The notes beneath the pieces are model-generated. The model was not told the DNA's origin. It made no database searches and saw nothing but the letters and a program-made list of their open reading frames with translations. The translations under genes were made by a program, and so were the position numbers. Shown one piece after another: positions 16,901 through 26,333 of a stretch of 64,000 nt of DNA. The stretch is from a virus (lineage: Duplodnaviria > Caudoviricetes), in the IMG/VR virus record IMGVR_UViG_2920277478_000005, positions 687-64,686 of that record; one strand, given 5' to 3'. Each line of letters starts with the position of its first letter. Position 1 is the first letter of the stretch.

Positions 16901-19219
16901 CAGATTACTGCTCAAAGCTTTCTGGTTATAGTTGTCTACTGCAACACCAATTCCAACCACTGCCGCTGTTACTGCCGCTGCCGCAAGTCCGAATTTCGCC
17001 GCTGTCGGAACCATTGCTCCCAGATCACTTATGAACGCTCCAACACTTGGTGCTGTCTGTGCTGCAAGTCCAATGCTTTTAATAGCATTTCCGATAGGCT
17101 GTAAGGTGGTCGCGATATTCTTTGCATTTCCAAGAAGCCCAGTTGCTCCTTTAGCGATCAGCATAGAGCTGAGCACAGAAGAAAGGCCTGCTTTCTTTCC
17201 TCCCGGAAGGATAGCAGACGCACTGGAGAATAATGTTCCGAGTCCGGAAGAAATCAGATGTTTCCCATCTCCGCCAATCCAGTCGGCAAAAGGCTGACCG
17301 ATAAGAGTATCCCATGCAATATCCATCTTTCCGAACATATCCGCATTCTGCCACTCATCAGATGCCGTCATGGTCCCGATAACTGTCTTCATGTGTGCTG
17401 CTTTTTTGTCCACAGTGTCCATAAAATCATTCAGAGCAACCGTCACAGCCGGCATTGCATCTGTAATGGAATCAACGAATCCTCTGACATAGGGAGTAAG
17501 TCTCTGTCCAAAACTGTTCTGAACGCCCTCTACAGCCGACTGCATAAGAGTCATGGAGCCTGCCAGGTTGTCCAACATGGTGTCAGCCATATCCTGTGCT
17601 GCATCTTTTGAATTTCCGATTGCATTGGAAAGATCGTTATAATCCTGTTCTGAAGCATTGATGATAGCAAGCATACCGCTCATAGCTTCTTTTCCGAAAA
17701 TGGTGGACGCCGCCGCTGTCTGTTCAGTTTCAGAAAGACCTCCTAAACTGCTTCGCAAATTATCCATGACACCTTTCAGTGTTTTCATGTTTCCCGAGCC
17801 GTCGGTCAGGCTAATACCATATTTGTCCATAGCCTCTGCCATGCTGTTAGTTGGTGCTGCCATGTTAGCCAGGGACGTCTTTAAAGCTGTACCGGCCATG
17901 CTTCCTTTAATTGAACTGTTAGCCATAAGCCCTAATGCCAAAGAAGTATCTTCGACGCTATATTTCATGGCTCCTGCTACCGGCGCAACATATTTGAATG
18001 ATTCACCTAGCATGCCTACGTTTGTATTCGAACTAGCAGACGCCTTTGCAAGGACATCCGAGAAATGTCCGGCATCTTTTGCTTTCAGTCCAAAAGCTGT
18101 CAAAGCATCTGTAACAATATCCGAGGTGCTTGCCAGATCTTCGCCGGAAGCTGCTGCCAGACTCATAATACCGGATATACCAGCAGTCATTTGCTCTGGT
18201 TTCCAGCCTGCCATAGCCATGTAATTAAATGCCTGAGCTGCTTCAGTAGCGGTAAACTTCGTAGTTGCCCCCATTTCCTGTGCTTTTGCGGTCAGATCAT
18301 CAAATTCTTTTCCTGTAGCACCAGATATAGCCTGAACCTGTGACATCATACTCTCAAACCCTTTGTATGTATTCACAGTATCAGCCAGTCCTGCGCTCAC
18401 TCCAAGGAATGTTGCGCCCTGTGCTATTGGATTCTTTGCAGCATTTAAAACCGCTCCCATTGGGGCAGTAGCGGCATCTACTATACTCATAGTTGCCGTA
18501 AATACGCTTCCGTCCCAGGCTGATGCTTTATCCATCACATCATCGATGATCGGACTTGCATTATCATCTGCCCCCAGTTCCGCTGTCCCGGAAGTTCCAT
18601 CGAATGTGGCCACTGCATCTTCAGCGCTTCGGATTATCTGCGTGGCTGTATCGTCAGCTTCCACTGAGGCCACAGCCACTTCACCATTCAAGGCGGCTAA
18701 AGCATCCTCCACATCCATAATCTGCATCGTAGCATTGTCGTCCGCAGTAAGCTCTACTACCGCTTCATTTCCGTTTAGAACAGACAGTGAATCTCCAACA
18801 CTATTTACCACCCCGGTGGCATTATCATCTGCCCCCAGTTCTACGTCAGCACTTGCTCCGTCAAGGGTTGCTGCTGCATCCTCGACACCAGATATTTCAG
18901 CGGTAGCATTGTCGTTTGCACCTATCTCAATATCTGCAGATATTCCTCCTACTCTTTCAGCCGCATCTTCGACTCTTGAAAGAACCGGAGTGGCATTGTC
19001 ATCTGCTGAAACTTCAATAGAATGCTCACGTCCAAGCGTTCGATCTACTCGCTCTGCTGTTTGTTCAATCCCTCTGGTTTTGAATCCAGATGACAGGATC
19101 CGATTTACCTTCTGGGCGGCAGTGGCTAGGGTGTTCATCTTATTCGTAATATTTGATAGGCCAGGGTCTGTATTATCATTCACAGATACAGGAATCTCAA
19201 TTCTAATTGTTTCTCCCAT
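13934..19219 (-). CDS. Tape measure protein (TP901 family) with internal LysM
   Basis: FESMMSQVQAISGAT...MGATTKFTATEAAQAFNYMAMAGW; VDQGDCLWEIG...IHPDQELTI. Confidence 0.95.
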   Translation of the reverse strand: MGETIRIEIPVSVNDNTDPGLSNITNKMNTLATAAQKVNRILSSGFKTRGIEQTAERVDRTLGREHSIEVSADDNATPVLSRVEDAAERVGGISADIEIGANDNATAEISGVEDAAATLDGASADVELGADDNATGVVNSVGDSLSVLNGNEAVVELTADDNATMQIMDVEDALAALNGEVAVASVEADDTATQIIRSAEDAVATFDGTSGTAELGADDNASPIIDDVMDKASAWDGSVFTATMSIVDAATAPMGAVLNAAKNPIAQGATFLGVSAGLADTVNTYKGFESMMSQVQAISGATGKEFDDLTAKAQEMGATTKFTATEAAQAFNYMAMAGWKPEQMTAGISGIMSLAAASGEDLASTSDIVTDALTAFGLKAKDAGHFSDVLAKASASSNTNVGMLGESFKYVAPVAGAMKYSVEDTSLALGLMANSSIKGSMAGTALKTSLANMAAPTNSMAEAMDKYGISLTDGSGNMKTLKGVMDNLRSSLGGLSETEQTAAASTIFGKEAMSGMLAIINASEQDYNDLSNAIGNSKDAAQDMADTMLDNLAGSMTLMQSAVEGVQNSFGQRLTPYVRGFVDSITDAMPAVTVALNDFMDTVDKKAAHMKTVIGTMTASDEWQNADMFGKMDIAWDTLIGQPFADWIGGDGKHLISSGLGTLFSSASAILPGGKKAGLSSVLSSMLIAKGATGLLGNAKNIATTLQPIGNAIKSIGLAAQTAPSVGAFISDLGAMVPTAAKFGLAAAAVTAAVVGIGVAVDNYNQKALSSNLEEHFGNIKLSAQEVQDIASGILDQKYLANVEVALNEVKNADKLREDAQKALESNDVLEFKSRVGIKLTTEEQEDYTSNIETFVKSKIEELESRTFAAHIHVQTYLGGTEEGQTLAQNIEKWATADYVELDGLSSQLSQKVSEALKDGIIDADEEGAISALQEKMNSITARWKESEAQAQWDWINQEYGSLNAADLESGSFTDLLGAMRDQRQSAKESVQADVEQWYSELNSMESAGRITSAQNKQYHEMTGWYVKGQEGNELSKSLQLGSNTLNSAYAEKIQSNRQSLAENTQYTINTAQSQLEQLLQLEHPEEGNVSALTSALMYGFNEFGNGKVAGVGPVIDKDQNALSTMYESMKPDVTQMQGLIDDYREAGKAVPQSLMDSFNDAIEVGAAAGDTSATWQNYANQIWKNGSDELKASLTDPSNPMYETVRSQLPPELAEAIDRAAAETTTDDVTLEGLKASVDGDVDIDKDAWTSKLNEALGDLGETQEVTADHVKIKVDQGDCLWEIGNALGIDWQTIAEQNGIESPYIIHPDQELTISMDTLTAEVDGDKAQAAIEQAMSALDAEGAEMSVTAEGVKVDLADVEVDSDTAAAQIEAALGMESGTLAANGIEVQAGASVTIPSELVTVDTSGMQSATEQAADETETEPIEQEASANVNVTNTTTDTSGMQAQAEEDAKGAVGDVPVEGSANVTFSGTTTDTSGVVEQVTADIESAVSDVPANGHASITLDQSNNAAEIYSLATADVVSAFSETIPADGHVDVTLDQTNNAAAIYSECAGQVQSTFAQGFTASANVAVTLNWHITNPSASISTSSSGSSVSATIAGNANGGEVGLNGAELSWVGEEGLEYIIPTVPARRQRGIELWKSAGRTLGVLGPDDEISAHASGGIIGKEVSNTTPYFDTDSSSQDSEKTEKETVPTNVVSDKSGVVVQVNLSPQFNISDTNDSDVIRLIKAHIKELADDLGSEIATMLSEAYENTPVTT

Positions 19220-19227
19220 TTACCATG

Positions 19228-19389
19228 TCACCCCTTTTTCGTATTCGCCTCGATCCATAGCCTGGTTGAAGCAAAAAGAAAAGCCCTCTCTCCAGAGGGC
19301 AGACTCATTACTTCACTTGGCAATAAACCTTGGCGTTGAAATATGTGGTGGAGTAATGTTGACTTCCCACCGGCCATAATCAGTTTTTT
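19228..19389 (-). CDS. -1 frameshift extension of tail assembly chaperone (gpGT-like)
   Basis: Heptamer AAAAAAC at 19383-19389; -1 frame open for 51 codons to TGA at 19228. Confidence 0.8.
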   Translation of the reverse strand, partial: KKLIMAGGKSTLLHHIFQRQGLLPSEVMSLPSGERAFLFASTRLWIEANTKKG

Positions 19390-19895
19390 GCAGTTTCAGC
19401 CTTCAATTCTTCATTATTGAAGCCATTGACATCATCAATGATATCCATAATGCGGTCTTTTTCTCCCGGAAGAAGAACAGCATCGATTACATCAAGGGCA
19501 TTGATAATGCAGATGCCTTTTGCTTCCAGGCCTTTTTTGACAGCAGGATTATCCCACAGTTTGGCCTGATCTTCTTCCGTAGTGGAGTTGTAAATCAGAG
19601 AAGCTCTGTACTTTGGCAGATCCAGCTCGTCTGCAACCCGGATGCCCTGGCGGCGATTCTTTGTATATTTTGTGTATTTTTTCCGGATATCTTTTAACAT
19701 TTCATCGGACAACGAATGAATTCTGAAGGAGAAATACTTTCGTTCATTACGGATGATATCGATCTTCTTAATATCATTTGCTGCATCATCAGCTGCTGCC
19801 AACAATCCTTCCAGATAATCCTCTTCATTTTTAATAATCATGTCTTCCTTCTCTTCCTCGGTTAATTCCGGATCCATAAAGTCTTTATTTGCCAT
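19380..19895 (-). CDS. Tail assembly chaperone (XkdN-like)
   Basis: Between tube and tape measure; ends AKN* at A-AAA-AAC slippery site. Confidence 0.85.
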   Translation of the reverse strand: MANKDFMDPELTEEEKEDMIIKNEEDYLEGLLAAADDAANDIKKIDIIRNERKYFSFRIHSLSDEMLKDIRKKYTKYTKNRRQGIRVADELDLPKYRASLIYNSTTEEDQAKLWDNPAVKKGLEAKGICIINALDVIDAVLLPGEKDRIMDIIDDVNGFNNEELKAETAKN

Positions 19896-19917
19896 TTCTT
19901 TTCCTCCTGTTAAAAAC

Positions 19918-19940
19918 GAGGGGCTGATGCCCAGCCCCTC
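19918..19940 (-). terminator. Hairpin after tail tube gene
   Basis: GAGGGGCTG-N5-CAGCCCCTC 9-bp stem followed by GTTTTT on minus strand. Confidence 0.6.
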
Positions 19941-19950
19941 TTAATAGAAA

Positions 19951-20406
19951 TCAGATTGTCAGTTTGCTCTTATTCTCAACCTTGCCATTGCAGTGCAGGG
20001 CAAAAGATCTTTTCAGCACATCGCCTGTAGCTACGTTCTGGATATCGCTGTCTCCGGAAAGGATACACTCTCTGTAGGTCACACGTTCCTGTGATCCGTT
20101 TCTTCCTTCGATAACTCCTGTAAACATCAGGACGGGAGATTCCCCATTTGCAATGGCGTTGATAACCGCATTAAACAGCTCGCCATCAAGAACTACGATT
20201 TCGGAAATGTTTACGGTAACGCCCACAGTTCCATTGACCTCAAGTTCTCTGTTCTGGCCAAGAGGTGCATATTTGTAGTTATTAAAGGAACCTTTTGTAG
20301 TGAAACTTTCAACCTGTGCAAATGGTTTTCCAGAAGAGTTATAAAGCATCGCATCTTTGCCAGATCTGCTGTGTCTGGCATCAGTAGCCGCACTTTTATT
20401 CAGCAT
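19951..20406 (-). CDS. Tail tube protein (XkdM-like)
   Basis: Directly after sheath; ERVTYRECI motif. Confidence 0.85.
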   Translation of the reverse strand: MLNKSAATDARHSRSGKDAMLYNSSGKPFAQVESFTTKGSFNNYKYAPLGQNRELEVNGTVGVTVNISEIVVLDGELFNAVINAIANGESPVLMFTGVIEGRNGSQERVTYRECILSGDSDIQNVATGDVLKRSFALHCNGKVENKSKLTI

Positions 20407-20424
20407 TATTTATTCCTCCTTTTC

Positions 20425-21834
20425 TTATTCACCAGATGCAGCAACAATAGTGCTGAACTGGAAGTAGTAATTCAGATAGATGTGCTCTGCAGAATCCAGA
20501 TCGATCACTTCGATATCAAATCCACAGGTATCTCCATCAGTAGTAACAGTTGTAGATTCAGTTACATTGCCGTACTGGATCTTTCCTTCTGCCTCCATGG
20601 CATTGCAGATACCCTGGATAGCTGCCATGATAGTGGCTCTTCCGTTTGTATCGTTATCAACCTTTCCAACCAGTGCGTCAGCTGCTGCATTTGCTCTGTT
20701 CAGAAGTTCATAACGGGTCTTTGTTCTACGGATTTTCTTCCATCCACTGTCGTGGTTGGCATCCGGATGAACCAAGGTATTAACACCATTGTCAAGCCAT
20801 ACAGCCCCATCAGAAGCCGTAGAGAGGACCAGACAGCCTTTTTCTTCAGCTACTTCCATCTCTGTATTTGTAAGGATTTCATTCAGAACGCTGTATCTGC
20901 TAAGAGTAGCGTGTGTCACGGACTGGTTCGCAGGAGTCGCAGCTACAATACCCGCAATATATGCAGCCACCTGATATCCTTTCAGCTCTTCATTGCCGGC
21001 ATTGGCATTCGCATTCAGCGGTGCAATTACGTTTTCAGTGTCGAAGCTTGAGATCGATGTCATTCTGTCTTCCAGTGAAGAGGAAGGTTTTGGAGTAACA
21101 ATCGCCATTCCAAAAGAACCTGCCAGATAAATTCTGTCAAGGAATGCAGCTACCAGTGCATGGACAGCGGCGTCTTCTGTATCAACGCAAATGGTGTTGA
21201 AGAAGTATTTCTCCACTTCTTTTAATCCAGCACTGTAGTCTGCGTTTGTTACTGTCGGATCTGCGCCATCTGCGAAAGCGGACTGGCTAACCGCTGTAAC
21301 GGCTCCTGATGCATCAGTAATATCAACTACAAAGTTCTTTGAGGAAGCAAATGCTTCTTTCAGCGCAGTAGCTTCTTCTGCTCCTGCTGCAAATGTTACC
21401 TTTTCGAACTCAGAGCCATCCAGATATACGATGCACTCCTTCTTTGAGGAATCGCCAAGCTTCTCTCTGATTGTTGCTGTAAATTTTGCACCGCTTGGAT
21501 ATTTTGTTGAAAGCTTTGCCTTGCCTGTTGCACAAGCAAGAGAGGCGCTGCCAACCGTACCACCGTTTCCTACTCGAACAGCGATAAGTTTGACAGCGCC
21601 TCCATAGAACGCTTCTCTTAATGCATCTGTGGTGCCTCCAGTACCAAAGGTATTTTCATATCCTTCAGATGCCGGAAGAACTGTAGCTTTTCCAAGTGGT
21701 CCGATCGAAGACTTGAAAAGCACTGCTACAACACCATCAATTGCTCCAAAGTTTGTTTCGTCCCCTCTTTTCTGCACATTGAAGTATGCACCGGGACGGA
21801 TTTTGTTTTCTCCAAGAGAAAAATAACCTGCCAT
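20425..21834 (-). CDS. Tail sheath protein
   Basis: KIRPGAYFN, GPLGK, DNGVNTL...WKKIRRTK. Confidence 0.93.
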   Translation of the reverse strand: MAGYFSLGENKIRPGAYFNVQKRGDETNFGAIDGVVAVLFKSSIGPLGKATVLPASEGYENTFGTGGTTDALREAFYGGAVKLIAVRVGNGGTVGSASLACATGKAKLSTKYPSGAKFTATIREKLGDSSKKECIVYLDGSEFEKVTFAAGAEEATALKEAFASSKNFVVDITDASGAVTAVSQSAFADGADPTVTNADYSAGLKEVEKYFFNTICVDTEDAAVHALVAAFLDRIYLAGSFGMAIVTPKPSSSLEDRMTSISSFDTENVIAPLNANANAGNEELKGYQVAAYIAGIVAATPANQSVTHATLSRYSVLNEILTNTEMEVAEEKGCLVLSTASDGAVWLDNGVNTLVHPDANHDSGWKKIRRTKTRYELLNRANAAADALVGKVDNDTNGRATIMAAIQGICNAMEAEGKIQYGNVTESTTVTTDGDTCGFDIEVIDLDSAEHIYLNYYFQFSTIVAASGE

Positions 21835-22056
21835 TTATTCGACCTCCTTTTTCATGAATCTATCAATGATCTGTTTCGCTTCCGCAACAGTCATTTCTGT
21901 TTTTTTGCAACCCTTAAAGGCTGCTACTGCGCATTCGCGAGGAACTCCAAACACTTTTGCGCTTGCATATTCAAGTTCCTGAATGGTGTACTTGTCAGCG
22001 GACGGCTGTACTGTTTGTGTCGCAGCCGGTGTCTTCTTGATATCTTTTTCTGCCAT
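21835..22056 (-). CDS. Hypothetical phage protein
   Basis: ORF in structural operon. Confidence 0.65.
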   Translation of the reverse strand: MAEKDIKKTPAATQTVQPSADKYTIQELEYASAKVFGVPRECAVAAFKGCKKTEMTVAEAKQIIDRFMKKEVE

Positions 22057-22068
22057 TGCTTACTCCTT

Positions 22069-22938
22069 TCATGTAAGATCGTTGATTGTTACGCCTGATA
22101 TACCAGGCTGTTTAAATGCGTCTTTTAAGCACGCATAATACCCTGTCAGAGACATCTGCCCCTCTCTAAGGTAATCAGCATTGTTGTTCATTTTCAGAGC
22201 TTTCACGGCCATTGGGGAATCATCAAACATGATGATCTCTTCATCCTTCGCTAAGCTCTGGTGAAGTGCGGCCATCATCTTCAACCGCATTGACGGTTTC
22301 GGACACAGGAGATGCACCGAAATAACCGCATTGAACCACGACAAGCTACTCCTACAATGACCATCTGTGCTGTCAATTGATTTCAGTCCAGAATAGAAAA
22401 CAGGAGTATCTGCCGGAATGGTGTATTCTGATAACTCATCAATTCCAAAAACTATGCATTCTGGGAAAAGATTCTTAATATACCTGTTCAACGCCATAAC
22501 AGGATCGGGATCCGTAGTTTCCTGCGCGGGGTATTCCAGAATATCGAACGCAATTTCTTTGCACAGCACTGCGTTTCCTTCCAGGATGTAAGGTTCGCTT
22601 CTGGCCCATGCAAAGCACATAGGTGCCTCCCTTTCCGGTTTCATCACCACGTCCTGAAGACAATTCCTGATAGCAACTTCCATCTTCTCTACTTCAAGCG
22701 GATCCATGATGTCGTACAATGCGACAGTAAGCTGGCCAGATGAAGACCGCTTTGTATCCACCTGTTTGTTGAAGACGTAAGAAATCCTCGGATACTGGTT
22801 TTTTCCATTCCATCCTTCCTGCTGATCAGGAGGAAACTCTGTATTAAAGATAGCTGGCTTATCTGCGTACTTGGCCAGGGTCCCGTTCAGAAGGTTGTCC
22901 TGAGATAATCTTCTATACAGCAACTGATTCAGATCCAT
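22069..22938 (-). CDS. Putative tail terminator/completion protein
   Basis: Position between neck genes and sheath. Confidence 0.55.
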   Translation of the reverse strand: MDLNQLLYRRLSQDNLLNGTLAKYADKPAIFNTEFPPDQQEGWNGKNQYPRISYVFNKQVDTKRSSSGQLTVALYDIMDPLEVEKMEVAIRNCLQDVVMKPEREAPMCFAWARSEPYILEGNAVLCKEIAFDILEYPAQETTDPDPVMALNRYIKNLFPECIVFGIDELSEYTIPADTPVFYSGLKSIDSTDGHCRSSLSWFNAVISVHLLCPKPSMRLKMMAALHQSLAKDEEIIMFDDSPMAVKALKMNNNADYLREGQMSLTGYYACLKDAFKQPGISGVTINDLT

Positions 22939-23215
22939 CTTCTACACTCCCCTCATGCACATTTACCGTTTCCATTCCGTCAGAGGAATATCTGATAGTC
23001 CACATTCCTTTTTCAATAGCCTCAGCCTGGATCACGAAATGATTCTGGATATTCTGTGTTTCTGGCAGGAATAAAACTGTGATGGTGTCAGCAGTTGCTT
23101 CTGTCACTATTCCGGACTGCGCTTTATCCCAGGTTTTATTTTTTGCCGAAATAAGAGAGCCCCTTCCGATTTCAGCAAGATTTATAACTTTCTTTGTTTC
23201 TTCAGTCAGTAACAT
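22913..23215 (-). CDS. Hypothetical phage protein
   Basis: ORF in structural operon. Confidence 0.6.
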   Translation of the reverse strand: MLLTEETKKVINLAEIGRGSLISAKNKTWDKAQSGIVTEATADTITVLFLPETQNIQNHFVIQAEAIEKGMWTIRYSSDGMETVNVHEGSVEDGSESVAV

Positions 23216-23593
23216 TTACCCTCCTAACTCCGAGAACAATGCCAGAATCTCCGGCATTGCAGTTTCTTTGATTTTTTCAACATAAGGACGGGCTGCCATT
23301 TTGCTTGTTCCATGTTCCAGGTACCCTGCGTAATGCATTCCAGACTGGATTCCGAATATGCCATTTCCTCCACCGCCAGAGCTGTACATATTCCAGTTCC
23401 TTCTCAGGTTTCCGCTCCTTACTCCAGGTGGACTTCCAGGAGCCGAAGGACTTGGATTGGCCAAAACCGTAAGAGCGGCATTCCTGAGTTCATTGGCCCC
23501 CTGCATCATCTTTGCATCAACCTGTCGTTTGGTTTGCTCTACGCGGTTCTTTACTTCTTCCTGTACGGCTGCCGCTGCTGCCTCCGGACTCAT
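23216..23593 (-). CDS. HK97 gp10-like neck protein
   Basis: PPGVRSGNLRR...YAGYLEHGTSKMAARPY. Confidence 0.85.
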   Translation of the reverse strand: MSPEAAAAAVQEEVKNRVEQTKRQVDAKMMQGANELRNAALTVLANPSPSAPGSPPGVRSGNLRRNWNMYSSGGGGNGIFGIQSGMHYAGYLEHGTSKMAARPYVEKIKETAMPEILALFSELGG

Positions 23594-23952
23594 TTCAAAT
23601 CATTCCTTTCTTCGAGATAAGCAATGCCGGCAACCCCAAGGTCTCCGGCATTATCAACAGCAAGAACTAAATATGCTTTTTCCTCGTATGCAAGAATATC
23701 TGACTTTTTGAGATCGCATCTTCCAGATACCACAAGGGTATGCGTTAGAGAATGCAGTTTCTGGTCCCATAGGTGTTTTGTCAGCTCCCTCTCATTCGAA
23801 GTCGCCTGTGCAAGAATTCCATCCACTATAGTTCCCGTGTCCTCATATGAGTTCTTTGCATATCCATCTACATTGTCCACATGCATCTTCAATACCCGGA
23901 AGCTCTTCCAGAGATTTCCTGGGCGAAGGTACATTACGTTTCCGAACATCAT
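23590..23952 (-). CDS. Putative head-closure protein
   Basis: Size, position, beta-rich pattern. Confidence 0.6.
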   Translation of the reverse strand: MMFGNVMYLRPGNLWKSFRVLKMHVDNVDGYAKNSYEDTGTIVDGILAQATSNERELTKHLWDQKLHSLTHTLVVSGRCDLKKSDILAYEEKAYLVLAVDNAGDLGVAGIAYLEERNDLK

Positions 23953-24392
23953 ATATCTTCCCCCTCTGTCTCCTCATGTGACATCATTCCGGCATAAAAA
24001 TAAGGCGGTGTTATCCGCCCTGTTTCTGGATTTTCTGCCAACGGAAGAATTGCTTCTACCGAAGCTGCACTGGCTTTCAGATCTTTTTTCAGGTCCTCAT
24101 ACATTTCTTTCCATAGTTTCGCCCGTTCTCCCATGGACAAGGAGAGCGGGCCTACTTTCGTATCAGGTTCAAACGCAAACTTGCGCATAATGCTTTCAAG
24201 GCATCGGAGTTTTGCCTTTTTCCATTGTCTTGTAGTCGGAATCTTTTCTGGAAGTACCGCATTGTATTCCTCATCGCAGAGCGCACAAGTCTTTTCTTTT
24301 CCCTCGACCATTACATCTCCGAGTTCAAAACGCATACGGTCTTTTCCGTATTTAGCAATATTCCCCGGTTCGTACTGATATGTTCCAGGCAT
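23949..24392 (-). CDS. Putative head-tail adaptor
   Basis: DRMRFELGD...CDEEY motif; position. Confidence 0.6.
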   Translation of the reverse strand: MPGTYQYEPGNIAKYGKDRMRFELGDVMVEGKEKTCALCDEEYNAVLPEKIPTTRQWKKAKLRCLESIMRKFAFEPDTKVGPLSLSMGERAKLWKEMYEDLKKDLKASAASVEAILPLAENPETGRITPPYFYAGMMSHEETEGEDI

Positions 24393-24826
24393 CAGGCATC
24401 ACCTGCGCTTTTCTCCAGTTCCCCAAGGCTCTTCGCCTTAGTTTCAGCTTCTTTCTTTACAGCAGTTCTCGAATCTACTGCATTCAGAAAGATAAGCACT
24501 GCATTATCCTCTACAGTGTCTCTAATATGAGCTACAGCATCCTTCTGGTTCATCTGCATAGTTTTTACTGCTTCCTGAAGCTGAGACTCTGTAACGTCCA
24601 AATCGAAGCTCTTATCTCCTTTTACGATTTCGATTTTGAAGAATACTTCTCCGACTGATGCCACGCATTCCTCAAGCGTTTCAACCGGAATACCGTCACG
24701 AATCACAGTCAGCACTCCCATTTTTTCAAGAGCTACCGGATCAGTGACTGCTTCGGCCGGGATTTCCTCTCCGATGAAGTATCGTTTTCCGCTCAGAGTG
24801 CATGGTTTATTTGCAACAAGCTTCAT
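24392..24826 (-). CDS. Hypothetical head-associated protein
   Basis: ORF after major capsid. Confidence 0.6.
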   Translation of the reverse strand: MKLVANKPCTLSGKRYFIGEEIPAEAVTDPVALEKMGVLTVIRDGIPVETLEECVASVGEVFFKIEIVKGDKSFDLDVTESQLQEAVKTMQMNQKDAVAHIRDTVEDNAVLIFLNAVDSRTAVKKEAETKAKSLGELEKSAGDA

Positions 24827-24837
24827 ATGGCACCTCC

Positions 24838-25863
24838 TTAGACTGCAGATTTGTAGAATCTCGCCAGATCATCGGATGTCTTATGCATATCTGCTGCCAT
24901 AAGTCCTTCTACATATTCTGTATGTGTTCCATTCTCACCAAGATAGTTCAGAATCGGAAGTATCTGTCCATTTCCAAGCATATCCCAAGTGAAAATGTAA
25001 CCAGCAGACGGTTCATCAATGCTCGGTGCATTTGTGGCATAGGCAAGAAGGAATGCATCCGGATCTCCGATATACTGCATATTTTCATCTTCTCCCATGC
25101 TGGCATTGTTCATGATGGATTTAAGCACCACGATCTTTTCTACTCCGAAGAGCTGTGCCAGAACATTTTCTGTTACAGACGCTGGGTTTGCAGTGCTTCC
25201 GCCATATTTAACCCTTTCAAGGATTGCCGGATGCACCTTCAGGGCATTGAATACATTGATACCAAGACCGAGACGGTTCGGCATGCGTCCTGTCTGCTGA
25301 TTCATGCTTGTCTTCTCGCTATCGATAAATGCAATAGGATCAGAGTTTGCATTGCTGAATTTAATGAACTGGTTTGTGCTCGGAGAGGTATTGTCTACTC
25401 CTTCAAGTTCATTCTTCCATGCGCCGGCTTTGAAGTAGCTTTCCGCAAACAGACGATCCTGATGGATATTTGCCTGTTCTGCAATGGTTTTTACTCTCTG
25501 CTGTTTCGGCTGCATTGTGGTTGGTCCCTGTCTTCTGCTGAGATCGGTCTGGCGAATCTGGTCGATTCCCATGATCATCTGGTCTACCTGGCATACATAA
25601 GGTTTCATACTCTCGCCTACTACTGTAGGATCAACTTTTCCATAAGCAGGTTTTCTTCTCCAGTTATCTCTCAGCAGATCTTCCTTGCTGAACTCATAGT
25701 AGTTATCAGAAGAAAGGCTTACCGGACAGGTTGGGAAAAGAGCCTTTGCAAAGTAGTTAGCTGCATTCTGGTAGTATGCCAGAGCCATGTTTGTAAGTGC
25801 TGTGTGGGGTCTGAATACGCCTTTTGCGATTTCAGACTGGATTCCTGCTGCTGTGTTTCTCAT
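24838..25863 (-). CDS. Major capsid protein
   Basis: 341 aa, LTNMALAY...FPTCPV, position after decoration protein. Confidence 0.88.
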   Translation of the reverse strand: MRNTAAGIQSEIAKGVFRPHTALTNMALAYYQNAANYFAKALFPTCPVSLSSDNYYEFSKEDLLRDNWRRKPAYGKVDPTVVGESMKPYVCQVDQMIMGIDQIRQTDLSRRQGPTTMQPKQQRVKTIAEQANIHQDRLFAESYFKAGAWKNELEGVDNTSPSTNQFIKFSNANSDPIAFIDSEKTSMNQQTGRMPNRLGLGINVFNALKVHPAILERVKYGGSTANPASVTENVLAQLFGVEKIVVLKSIMNNASMGEDENMQYIGDPDAFLLAYATNAPSIDEPSAGYIFTWDMLGNGQILPILNYLGENGTHTEYVEGLMAADMHKTSDDLARFYKSAV

Positions 25864-25887
25864 TAATATTTTCCTCCTTTATCAAGA

Positions 25888-26322
25888 TTATGCTTTTGCC
25901 TTCTGGTATTTAGAAAGCTGCAGTCTGCTGTATCCTCCGGCAGATACATTGTTAAGAGCTACACCGATTACGTAATCGCCAGCTGCCGCAACTGCTGCTT
26001 TTCCTCCGGTGGTCGCAGTAACCTCCTGCCCTTTCTTGATCTCAGCGGAAGCAATGACGAATCCGATATCCTTGATCAGAATATCAACGTCTTCGCCCTC
26101 TTTAACTTTTCCAGCTTCTGCACCGGAAATGTCATTATATCCACCTTCGATAATAGAAACGCCAAGCAGAGGTGCTGTGCCATCGGCAGCGACAACCACA
26201 TTACCATCAGTATCGTATTTCAGAATAAGGTTACGGATATCAGCAACATCTGCTCCTGCCTTTTCGGAAATAGTTGGTGACTGGTTGATCTGTGTTCCAT
26301 TAAAATTTTTACCCATTATCAT
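25888..26322 (-). CDS. Capsid decoration/cement protein (DUF2190-like)
   Basis: Gly/Ala-rich, IKKGQEVTATTGGKAAVAAAGDYVIGVAL. Confidence 0.75.
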   Translation of the reverse strand: MIMGKNFNGTQINQSPTISEKAGADVADIRNLILKYDTDGNVVVAADGTAPLLGVSIIEGGYNDISGAEAGKVKEGEDVDILIKDIGFVIASAEIKKGQEVTATTGGKAAVAAAGDYVIGVALNNVSAGGYSRLQLSKYQKAKA

Positions 26323-26333
26323 TCGCCTCCTTC

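Noticed and set aside
18363-19379. 338-aa plus-strand ORF and similar antisense ORFs (e.g. 24802-25866, 20371-21051, 62855-63430)
   Set aside because: Shadow frames of tape measure, capsid, sheath and integrase genes; low-complexity or no motifs, no RBS.
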